NCBI GenBank assembly: GCA_012511885.1
Contig: JAAZFE010000045.1
Span: 1-54,092 of the forward strand
DNA: 54,092 bases
Direction of reading: 5' to 3'
From: Lentisphaerota bacterium
Lineage (GTDB): Bacteria; Verrucomicrobiota; Kiritimatiellia; CAIQIC01; Lenti-01
Part shown: in pieces, positions 8,058-15,307 of the stretch
How positions within the stretch are numbered: position 1 is the first letter of the stretch
How the letters are laid out: each line of letters starts with the position of its first letter
Program-made: the position numbers and the translations under genes
Notes under the pieces: model-generated
Seen by the model: the letters and a program-made list of their open reading frames with translations, nothing else
Databases searched by the model: none
Told to the model about the DNA's origin: nothing

Positions 8058-10730
8058 TCAGGGGAGGGTCACCTGGATGTCCAGCGGCGCCGTCACCCCT
8101 GCCTCAAAAAGGGTGTTGGTCACGCTCCGCCCGTTCACCTCGAACACAAGCTCCTGGCCCGCCCCGCCCCCCCCCGCGGCAATGGAAAGTTGCGTTCCCT
8201 CCGCGTAGCGCCCCTTGTAAACACCGGCCTCCGGCCGGCCGTCAATCATCAGCGCCGGCAGCCCCCCGGCCGGGCGGACCGTCACTTCATGGAGGCTCTC
8301 CACTCGCAGCATGTCCGCCACCTTTCCGTACAGCAGTTCGGTCCGCTGGCGGAGATAGTCCTCGATGGTGGTGTAGTAGGCGACCTGCTTGGCCTTGAAT
8401 TCGTCCAGGGTCTGCTTGGTGGTGGCATCATCCTTTTGATTCAGCATGCCCTCCCACTCCAGATCCAGATAGGGCATGGCCCGGTCGCGATAAAAACGAA
8501 TCCGCCCGACCCAGCGCTCCACCGGGAAAACATGATTCAGATGCCGCTGCAACTCGGGGGCATAGACGGCCTGCACATACTCCTTGGAATGCAGCAGCGC
8601 CGCCACCGCGTTGCGCCGGTGCCCCGCCGGCGAGAACAGCAGCCGCTCGGGCGACATGTAAAACGAGCCGTCCAGATCCCAGGCCACCATGGTCCACTTG
8701 CGCGCCGGGTTTTTATAGTCCAACACAAACCACCCCTGCCCGCTGTCGCCCAGCCCCAGATAATGCAGCCCCGCGGCATACCGCGCGAGATAGGTCAAAT
8801 CCACAAATTCGGCCACTTGAGGCACCGTCACCGAGGATGTCGGCATCTCCTCGAGTTGGCCCCAGGTCCGGTTGAATTCATCCATTGTCCCCCACTTAAG
8901 CGGCGTGAGGGTCTTCTCCTTGACCACGTCCAGATCCAAGTGCCCGAACGTCTGCTCCAGATATTCCGGAGCATTGATGTCGTCCATGAGGTTGTAAAGA
9001 CCGTAGGGCCTCCCGTTCACATACATCATGGCGTGGCGGCGCCGGGGGGTCTGCACCCCGGCCGCCTCCATCACTTCGAACCCGATCGCGTTCTGCAAAT
9101 AGCCGCTGGACTGGGCCACGATGGAGGATGTTTTTTGCGGCCCCGGCGTGTCAAAAAACGGCTCCGGCCAGAACCGGCTTTCGTAACGGTTGCGGAACTT
9201 GAAACGGAAGTTTTGCTTGATCTGGAAGTTGCGCGTGGAGCGGCCCTGAATCCGCATGCCCGCCTTGCATGCCGCGGTGGGACACGCGGGATCAATGATC
9301 GTGATATGGCAGGGCTTCTCGGTCAGGACGCCCCGCAGGGTTTTGTTGGGCAGCAGGCCGAATTCCCCGCCGTCCAGATCGTCCTGCTCCATGATGACCG
9401 ACATGACCGGTAGCGGCCCAAGCTCCTCCAGCCAATAGGTGCGGTCCGTCGTGGCGCTCGGCCGGGCGCCGTCGCGGAACGATCGCGCCCGCACAAACGT
9501 GTTGCCGGTCAGCGCCAGCGGCCCGGCATAGGCCGCGCTCTTCCGGGTGGGCAGGCTGCCGTCGAGCGTGTAGCGCACGGTGTCGTTCGCGTCCGCGGGA
9601 GTCATAACGACCATCTGCCCCGCGGCCGCCCGCCCGCCCGGCAGACTCAGCTCCGGAGGCCGCGCGACCCCGGCCAGCGGCGTGTCCGCATCCGCGACCG
9701 CAAACATCCCCTTCCCCGCCGCGGTCCGCCGGTAGCTTTGCCCCGGCTGCAGCTCGGGAGTGGTCACATAGTCCAGCGGAACGCGCTGCGGCGTGAACAG
9801 GCCCACGAACTCGCCCGCCCGCCGAATCTTGAAGTTGAGATGGGCGTCCTGCTCGCCGCCGCCAAGCAGTTCGCCGCGCTTCATGACCACCACCCTGGCA
9901 ATGCGCACGGAACCCGCCAGCAGGCCGAATTCCAACTGCTGCGGACCGGCCTCCATCGGCCAATAGGCGTCCGTCCGCTCCGGATTGCGGATCTGGCAGA
10001 GGACGTATTCGGCCGATGGCTCCCGCTCCAGGATCACCGCCTGTCCGTTCACCAGGCAGGCCACCCGGCTGGTATGCGCCCCGACACCCCGCAACTCCAG
10101 CCAGAGCGCGACATCCTCCGGCTGCTCGAAGGTCAACGGGAAAACCAGCTTGCGGTTCGCGCTCAGCTTGTCCACGGACTCAAACCCAGCGCTGCTTTCG
10201 CACACCCGGCTCGCGATCAGCGGCATCTGCTCGCGGCCCATCGTCCAGAAGTTGGAACGGATCCCGTCCCGGGGCGTCAGGCTCGTCAAAGAATCCAGCG
10301 TGTCGCGCCCGTTGGCCCACAGCACCATGCTCGTTTTGGGCGGCAGCGTTATCGCCGGGAACACCCACTTGCGCGGCCGATGGGCCTTGTCGGTCAGGCT
10401 GCAACCATCCAGATTGAACGACCTCCCGGACTGGTTGTAAATCTCGATATAGTCATAGGCGTTGCCGCGGCAATCCACGGGGCCCGCCGGATTCGCCGTG
10501 CCCACCGCGGAAATGATCACGCTCGAAGTGATCGGGATGGCATTGGCGCTGCGCGCCGCGGCCATCGTGCGGTAGCTCCCGGCGCGGTTGACAATGCGGC
10601 CGCGCTTGGGGCGCAAGCGCAGGGCCGGCCCCCGCTCGCCCGACAGGAAAACCGCCGCGGCCAAAAACGCGCCCATCAGCACGGCCAGGCCGGCAAGGCG
10701 GCCAACCAACTTGGCGGATGACTTCGTCAA
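8058..10730 (-). CDS. CotH-family atypical kinase protein with N-terminal lamin-tail-like domain and a chitobiase/Fn3-like middle domain
   Basis: LTD-like YDYIEIYNQSGRSFNLDGCSLTD. CotH-like MRIQGRSTRNFQIKQNFRFKF and WDLDGSF. The proposed TTG start at 10730 overlaps the upstream TGA (TTGA) and gives a signal-anchor N-terminus. The longest ORF start is 10814. Confidence 0.85.
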   Translation of the reverse strand: MTKSSAKLVGRLAGLAVLMGAFLAAAVFLSGERGPALRLRPKRGRIVNRAGSYRTMAAARSANAIPITSSVIISAVGTANPAGPVDCRGNAYDYIEIYNQSGRSFNLDGCSLTDKAHRPRKWVFPAITLPPKTSMVLWANGRDTLDSLTSLTPRDGIRSNFWTMGREQMPLIASRVCESSAGFESVDKLSANRKLVFPLTFEQPEDVALWLELRGVGAHTSRVACLVNGQAVILEREPSAEYVLCQIRNPERTDAYWPMEAGPQQLEFGLLAGSVRIARVVVMKRGELLGGGEQDAHLNFKIRRAGEFVGLFTPQRVPLDYVTTPELQPGQSYRRTAAGKGMFAVADADTPLAGVARPPELSLPGGRAAAGQMVVMTPADANDTVRYTLDGSLPTRKSAAYAGPLALTGNTFVRARSFRDGARPSATTDRTYWLEELGPLPVMSVIMEQDDLDGGEFGLLPNKTLRGVLTEKPCHITIIDPACPTAACKAGMRIQGRSTRNFQIKQNFRFKFRNRYESRFWPEPFFDTPGPQKTSSIVAQSSGYLQNAIGFEVMEAAGVQTPRRRHAMMYVNGRPYGLYNLMDDINAPEYLEQTFGHLDLDVVKEKTLTPLKWGTMDEFNRTWGQLEEMPTSSVTVPQVAEFVDLTYLARYAAGLHYLGLGDSGQGWFVLDYKNPARKWTMVAWDLDGSFYMSPERLLFSPAGHRRNAVAALLHSKEYVQAVYAPELQRHLNHVFPVERWVGRIRFYRDRAMPYLDLEWEGMLNQKDDATTKQTLDEFKAKQVAYYTTIEDYLRQRTELLYGKVADMLRVESLHEVTVRPAGGLPALMIDGRPEAGVYKGRYAEGTQLSIAAGGGGAGQELVFEVNGRSVTNTLFEAGVTAPLDIQVTLP

Positions 10731-11422
10731 TGGGCCTCGGCGGGGCGGGAAAAGAAAACGTTGATCTTGTTGAGCGGGATGTCCGCGTGGAGATCCTTTT
10801 GCACTTCGCTCCACGCGCCCGACGCCAAATGCTTGAACACATACTGGATGCTCGTGGTGCCCGCCGACGAGGCAATGCTTTCCACCCGCAGACCGCGGAA
10901 ATGCCCCGCCAGACGCCGGTCCAGTTCGGCGCCGTGCTCACGGTAGGCCTCCTCGGCCAGGTTGACCATCAGCACGCCCTCGCGCCGCTTCAAGAGCAGG
11001 CCGCGCACCCGCGTCCAGTTGCGCAGCGCCAGCACCACAAAGGACGCCAGATACAGCAGCGCGATGAACAGGAAATTGAAGGTGGCAATCCCGATGGAAC
11101 CCGCGATCAGCAGCATCAAAAAACCGATCTCCTCCGGCTCCTTGATCGGCGTGCGAAAGCGCACAATGGACAGCGACCCCAGCAGCCCCAGCGAGAGCGG
11201 CAGCGACAACTGCACGCAGATGAACAGCAGCGTGATGGACGGCCCGATCAGCACGAACCCACGGTGGATCTGCGAGCCCGTGGCCTTGTTATCATAAAAA
11301 ATCACATACATCAGCTCCACGATCCACGCCGCCGCGATGGACAAAACCAGGCACAGCAGAAACCCCCGCAAATCCAACGTGAATCCCGCGCCGTCCGTAA
11401 TGTTCAACAATAGTTCTTTCAT
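10727..11422 (-). CDS. DUF4956-family membrane protein
   Basis: MKELLLNITDG... with LSLGLLGSLSIVRFRTPIKEPEEIGF, typical of DUF4956. ATG at 11422. Confidence 0.85.
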   Translation of the reverse strand: MKELLLNITDGAGFTLDLRGFLLCLVLSIAAAWIVELMYVIFYDNKATGSQIHRGFVLIGPSITLLFICVQLSLPLSLGLLGSLSIVRFRTPIKEPEEIGFLMLLIAGSIGIATFNFLFIALLYLASFVVLALRNWTRVRGLLLKRREGVLMVNLAEEAYREHGAELDRRLAGHFRGLRVESIASSAGTTSIQYVFKHLASGAWSEVQKDLHADIPLNKINVFFSRPAEAH

Positions 11423-11438
11423 GCGTTGTCCTCCGCGC

Positions 11439-12134
11439 TCATTCCAGCCGCATGCATTCGGCATACTTCGAAAAGGCGCTCTTTTTTATCACATACCGGT
11501 TCAAAACGTGGAGCGGCGGCGGCAACACGCGGGCCGCGAATCCCTTGACCTCCAGCACACTGTAGCGCGCCGTGCCCGGGCGGTTGCCCCGCGGGCGCTC
11601 GCTGCTCCAGTTGGACAAGCAGATCTCCGAGTCCAGCGCGATCCGATAACCCGTGGCCATGTCCACAAAACGGCTGCGCAAATAGCTGATCACGCAAACC
11701 GGCGCGAACGCAACCAGATCGGGCACGGCCGGCGGCGCCAGCCAGTCGGTCAGACACAGGTCCCGGACCGCCGCGGCGGGTTCCCGGTGCAGCGCCGCGA
11801 CATCCAGCGCCATGGGCACGCGGGTCTTCCACGACCGGGCGCCCTCCTTGCTTTTGACCTCGAGGTAGGCCTTGTCCGAAAACTCCTTTTCCAGCTCGTC
11901 GGTGTACCAGCGCAGGCGAACCTTCTGCTTCAGGTATTCGCCCTGCTCCGACTGGCGCAGGGCGTTCATCCGCAGGGAATCGTAGTAGAGGCTGTGCACC
12001 CGGTTCTCGCCGTAGGCGGGATCCGGCGCGCACAGATGATTCAGCCAGGCCAAGGCCTGGGCCGTATAAATCTTCGGCAGGACAAACTTGGCCTCGTGCC
12101 GGGCCGGCGCGGCCGGATGACTCAAAGCGCTCAT
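11439..12134 (-). CDS. VTC-domain (polyphosphate polymerase-like, CYTH/triphosphate-tunnel superfamily) protein
   Basis: HEAKFVLP...RVHSLYYDS...KVRLRWY...YLEVKSK pattern of alternating basic/acidic beta strands. The ATG overlaps the upstream gene stop (ATGA at 12131-12134). Confidence 0.85.
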   Translation of the reverse strand: MSALSHPAAPARHEAKFVLPKIYTAQALAWLNHLCAPDPAYGENRVHSLYYDSLRMNALRQSEQGEYLKQKVRLRWYTDELEKEFSDKAYLEVKSKEGARSWKTRVPMALDVAALHREPAAAVRDLCLTDWLAPPAVPDLVAFAPVCVISYLRSRFVDMATGYRIALDSEICLSNWSSERPRGNRPGTARYSVLEVKGFAARVLPPPLHVLNRYVIKKSAFSKYAECMRLE

Positions 12135-13315
12135 CCGGCAAGCAACCGCTCATAGATGCCCCGCAGGCGCTGGGCGATGGCCTCCGGCGTGTGTTCCGCC
12201 GCCACCAGCAGCCCCGCCCGGCCCATCTGCTGCGCCAGCGGAAAATCCTGCAGCAGCCGCGCGAGCTTGCCGGCCAGGTCCTCGAAGTTGAACGGCTCGA
12301 AGAACAGGCCGTTTCGCTCGTCAAAAACAATGTCCAAAGGGCCGCCCACGCGACTGGCCACCACCGCCGTGCCGCAGGCCATGGCCTCGAGCAGAACCAC
12401 CCCGAGGCTCTCGACCCACACGCGGTCGTCAAAGCGCGATGGCAGGGCAAACACCGCTGCCCGGGCATACTCCTCCATCAGGGCCGCCTGCACTTTGGGC
12501 CCGGGAAACTCCGCGGGAACATCCAGCTCCGCGGCCAGAGCCTGCCAGGCATCCCGCTCCGGCCCCTCCCCCACAAACACCAGCTTGAAGTCGAGACCGC
12601 GCTGCTTGAGCAGCCCGCCCGCGCGGATCAAAAGATCGCCGCCCTTCCAGGCAATCATGCGGCCCACAAACAGGATGCGCCCGGGCTCCTTGGGCGGCAG
12701 CGACGGGGGCACATCCCAGGCCAGCGGCATCGGCACAATCTCGGAACGCATGCCGCCATAAAGCTCGTCCAGCCGGCCGCGCGTGAACGACGAATTGCAC
12801 AAATGAATGTCCGCCCGCCGCAAAACCGGCCCGAAAAGGCGTCGCAGAAGAGGGAAGCGCCGCGCCAGCGACAGCTCCGTCTGGTGATAATGATACACAA
12901 TCCGCGCGCCGCGGAACGGCAGCGCGATCAACCCCATCGGCACCGGCCAATGGACATGCACAACGTCATATTTCTGCGCCCGCAGTTTGCGCGCTTTGAG
13001 CCATCCCCCCAGCAAAAACAGAGGCGCCTGGGCATAGCGCAGGGGCTGGCGGCGCATCTTTTCATAGATGGCCACCTCGTGCGCCAGATTCTCGATCCTC
13101 TTCGGGGAATAGCGGAAACGCCACACCGGCAGATCCCCGTAATGGCCGTCGCCGAGGCCGTGCAGGGCCGAAGTCAGCACATGCACATCCATCCCCGCGC
13201 GGCGCTGGGCCTGCACCAGGCGCGTCAACCAGGGGGTCACGGTCGAGGTTTCGTCGGTCGCGAACGACGTGGCAATGTGCAGGACCTTCAACCGGCGCTC
13301 TTCTCCATCAGTCAT
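12131..13315 (-). CDS. Family 1 (GT4-like, GT-B fold) glycosyltransferase
   Basis: LKVLHIATSF...; C-terminal ESLGVVLLEAMACGTAVVASRVGG motif. Confidence 0.9.
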   Translation of the reverse strand: MTDGEERRLKVLHIATSFATDETSTVTPWLTRLVQAQRRAGMDVHVLTSALHGLGDGHYGDLPVWRFRYSPKRIENLAHEVAIYEKMRRQPLRYAQAPLFLLGGWLKARKLRAQKYDVVHVHWPVPMGLIALPFRGARIVYHYHQTELSLARRFPLLRRLFGPVLRRADIHLCNSSFTRGRLDELYGGMRSEIVPMPLAWDVPPSLPPKEPGRILFVGRMIAWKGGDLLIRAGGLLKQRGLDFKLVFVGEGPERDAWQALAAELDVPAEFPGPKVQAALMEEYARAAVFALPSRFDDRVWVESLGVVLLEAMACGTAVVASRVGGPLDIVFDERNGLFFEPFNFEDLAGKLARLLQDFPLAQQMGRAGLLVAAEHTPEAIAQRLRGIYERLLAG

Positions 13316-13458
13316 GGCCGGGAGGCTATCATCCCCGCGCCCCCCGGGTCAATGATCCGCCCCCCCAGGCGGCACTCCTGCGGTGGTCCGCCCGTCCCGA
13401 CGGTGGTTCGGGCCATATCGCGCTTTACTCACCCAGGCCGGTTTGCCAATCTGAACGC

Positions 13459-14175
13459 ATGAAGAAAATTGCTTTGGTAACGGGCGGCGGCAGCGGAATC
13501 GGACAGGCTCTGGCTCAACGGCTGGCCGCGGAAGGCCACTTTGTTTTCCTCGCCGGGCGCAACGCGCAAAAACTGGAAACCACCTGCGCGTTGATCGGGC
13601 AGGCCGGCGGCCGGGCCGAGGCGCTCACCGCGGACCTCGCCGACGAAGCGAGCATCCGCCAACTGGCCGCCCAAATCAAGGCGCGGACACCAACCCTGGA
13701 TGTGCTGGTCCACAGCGCCGGCTGCTTCCGGATGGGAACGCTGGAGTCGGCGCACATCGCCGACTTGGACGACCTCTATCAGGTCAACCTGCGCGCGCCT
13801 TATCTGCTCACCCAGCTGCTGTACGCCCTCCTGCTCAAGGCGGCGGGGCAGATCGTGTTCATCAATTCGACCGCCATCCTGAATCCCGGCGCGAACTGGG
13901 GCGCCTATGCCGCCACCAAAGCCGCCCTGCGGGCCATGGCCGACAGCCTGCGCGCGGAAATCAACCCGCGCGGCGTGCGTGTTCTCACCGTCATTCCCGG
14001 ACGAACCGACACCCCCATGCAGGAGCAGGTCCACCAGCTGGAAAACCGCCCCTATCAAGCCGACCGCCTCATGCGCCCCGACGATGTCGCGCTCATGACC
14101 ATGCAGGCCCTGAACCTGCCCCCAAGCGCGGAAGTCACTGAAATCGTCGTCCGCCCTGCCCAAAAACTGAGCTAG
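13459..14175 (+). CDS. Short-chain dehydrogenase/reductase (classical SDR)
   Basis: TGGGSGIG cofactor motif, NSTA, and YAATKAAL catalytic YxxxK. Confidence 0.92.
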   Translation: MKKIALVTGGGSGIGQALAQRLAAEGHFVFLAGRNAQKLETTCALIGQAGGRAEALTADLADEASIRQLAAQIKARTPTLDVLVHSAGCFRMGTLESAHIADLDDLYQVNLRAPYLLTQLLYALLLKAAGQIVFINSTAILNPGANWGAYAATKAALRAMADSLRAEINPRGVRVLTVIPGRTDTPMQEQVHQLENRPYQADRLMRPDDVALMTMQALNLPPSAEVTEIVVRPAQKLS

Positions 14176-14195
14176 TCTGGATAATTCATGCAGGC
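14175..14195 (+). repeat. 21-bp remnant carrying both termini of the MITE-like element, TA-flanked
   Basis: TA-GTCTGGAT|AATTCATGCAGGC-TA, compared with element ends GCCTGGATTAT...ATAATTCAGGC. The left TA is part of the SDR TAG stop. Confidence 0.35.
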
Positions 14196-14214
14196 TAGCC
14201 AGCAGGCCGCCTGC

Positions 14215-14955
14215 TCAGCGTTTCCGCTCCCAAAGGCGTTCGCCGCCCACCCGCCTGACATAGCGCGCCACCTTGTCGTAGAGCTTCCAAGCGCCGTCCA
14301 GCAGCATCTCCGTTTGCGACACATAAAGCGCCGCCGCCTCCTGCCGCGCCCGCACATCTTCCGGGGATAGCGGAATCATCCGCGCACGCCAGCGCCAAGG
14401 GGGCCAGACCACCCTGCGCACCGCCAAAAAACGGGTCGCATAGGGGAAATCCTCGTAATAGAGCAGGTCCGGCCCAAACACCTTCTCCGCCGCCCGCCGA
14501 ACCAGCCAGTGGTCCACATGCCCGCCCACCCCGAGAGGCGCCACCACCCGCCCGGCCGGCGGCAGGTCCCGCAGAACCTGCTCCCAAACTGTCGTGCCGG
14601 CCTCCTCCGGATGCGGCGGCCCCAAAACATCTTGCAGTCGAGGATACAGCGGGGTGCCGTCCGTCCGCCACCGATACATGGCATCCGGCTTCTTCCCGTG
14701 CAGAAAGTCCGCGCCCAGCCGGGCACACGCCCGGCGGTCTTCCTCGCGGCGCGGCTCGCATGAGTTGCCCAGCTTCCACGCCGCGTGCATCTCCCGCGCC
14801 AAAGGGGTAAGCTCCCCCTCGCAGTCGCCGGCCATCAGGGTGGCCACCAGAACGCGCTCCCCCCGGCGGGTGGCCGCCGCGATCTGCCCGCCGCAAGACA
14901 AAACCACATCATCCAGATGCGGCGACAGATATAGGGCATGATACGGTTCGGACAT
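14215..14955 (-). CDS. PIG-L/LmbE-family N-acetylglucosaminyl deacetylase
   Basis: From the ATG at 14955: MSEPYHALYLSPHLDDVVLSCGG (PIG-L signature), later HVDH. The upstream part of ORF 14215..15150 is repeat DNA. Confidence 0.85.
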   Translation of the reverse strand: MSEPYHALYLSPHLDDVVLSCGGQIAAATRRGERVLVATLMAGDCEGELTPLAREMHAAWKLGNSCEPRREEDRRACARLGADFLHGKKPDAMYRWRTDGTPLYPRLQDVLGPPHPEEAGTTVWEQVLRDLPPAGRVVAPLGVGGHVDHWLVRRAAEKVFGPDLLYYEDFPYATRFLAVRRVVWPPWRWRARMIPLSPEDVRARQEAAALYVSQTEMLLDGAWKLYDKVARYVRRVGGERLWERKR

Positions 14956-14978
14956 GGCGCTTGGAGCTCCCCCGAAAC

Positions 14979-15080
14979 TTTCCACGCCATGAAAAAAATA
15001 GCAACCGGTTTTCCACGCCATGGAAACTTTTTTGCAGACTCTTCCACGCCATGGAAAATAGTTTTCCACGCCGTGGAAAA
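14979..15080. promoter_or_regulatory. Array of four palindromic TTCCACG-N-C(A/G)TGGAA motifs (candidate operator or promoter-associated sites)
   Basis: Motif centres at 14987, 15018, 15049 and 15071 (spacing 31, 31, 22 bp). The copy at 15062-15080 is a perfect 19-bp palindrome TTTTCCACGCCGTGGAAAA. Confidence 0.55.
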
Positions 15081-15089
15081 ATACGCCCG

Positions 15090-15240
15090 AAAAAACACCC
15101 CAAAAGCACCCATTCCGTCCCTCCCCCCAAAAACCCAAAAAATACCCCAAAAATCGTCAAAAACACCGATTTTCACCCGTTTTTGACCCGTTTTTGACCC
15201 AAAAACACCCTTTTTTGACCCGTTTTGCCCGAAAACTTTT
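15090..15240. promoter_or_regulatory. Phased A/T-tract block (predicted curved DNA) in divergent intergenic region
   Basis: A or T runs start at 15090,15102,15129,15137,15149,15159,15170,15180,15191,15201,15211,15223,15232, mostly 9-12 bp apart. Confidence 0.5.
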
Positions 15241-15255
15241 CCACGGCGTGGAAAA
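15237..15255. promoter_or_regulatory. Fifth palindromic motif copy (perfect 19-bp palindrome TTTTCCACGGCGTGGAAAA)
   Basis: Exact inverted symmetry around G15246. It lies ~55-75 bp upstream of the candidate start codons of the GT gene on the + strand. Confidence 0.55.
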
Positions 15256-15267
15256 TCCGGAGCCCAC

Positions 15268-15295
15268 GTCAACTTCCACCTGTCAACTTCCACCT
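15268..15295 (+). repeat. Tandem direct repeat 2 x GTCAACTTCCACCT
   Basis: Two identical adjacent 14-mers. Each contains the TTCCAC half-site of the nearby palindrome. Confidence 0.6.
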
Positions 15296-15307
15296 TGTCT
15301 CGCCGCC

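Noticed and set aside
4955-8398. 1147-aa + strand ORF, plus similar long ORFs (62..946 -, 1175..2458 -, 2990..4318 -, 3619..4761 +, 15521..17473 -, 29992..31752 -, 33449..34969 -, 35263..36576 -, 51953..53452 -, 11419..12468 -)
   Set aside because: These are antisense or out-of-frame shadows of well-supported genes in high-GC DNA. Their translations are dominated by R/P/G/A/H/Q low-complexity strings with no family motifs, and each fully overlaps a gene with clear homology-style signatures.
14979-15255. Possible CRISPR array, because of a short repeated motif with spacers
   Set aside because: The repeats are only 15-19 bp and are themselves perfect palindromes. Spacers are 3-15 bp, or 156 bp before the fifth copy, and irregular. 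No cas genes are present. This is not CRISPR architecture.
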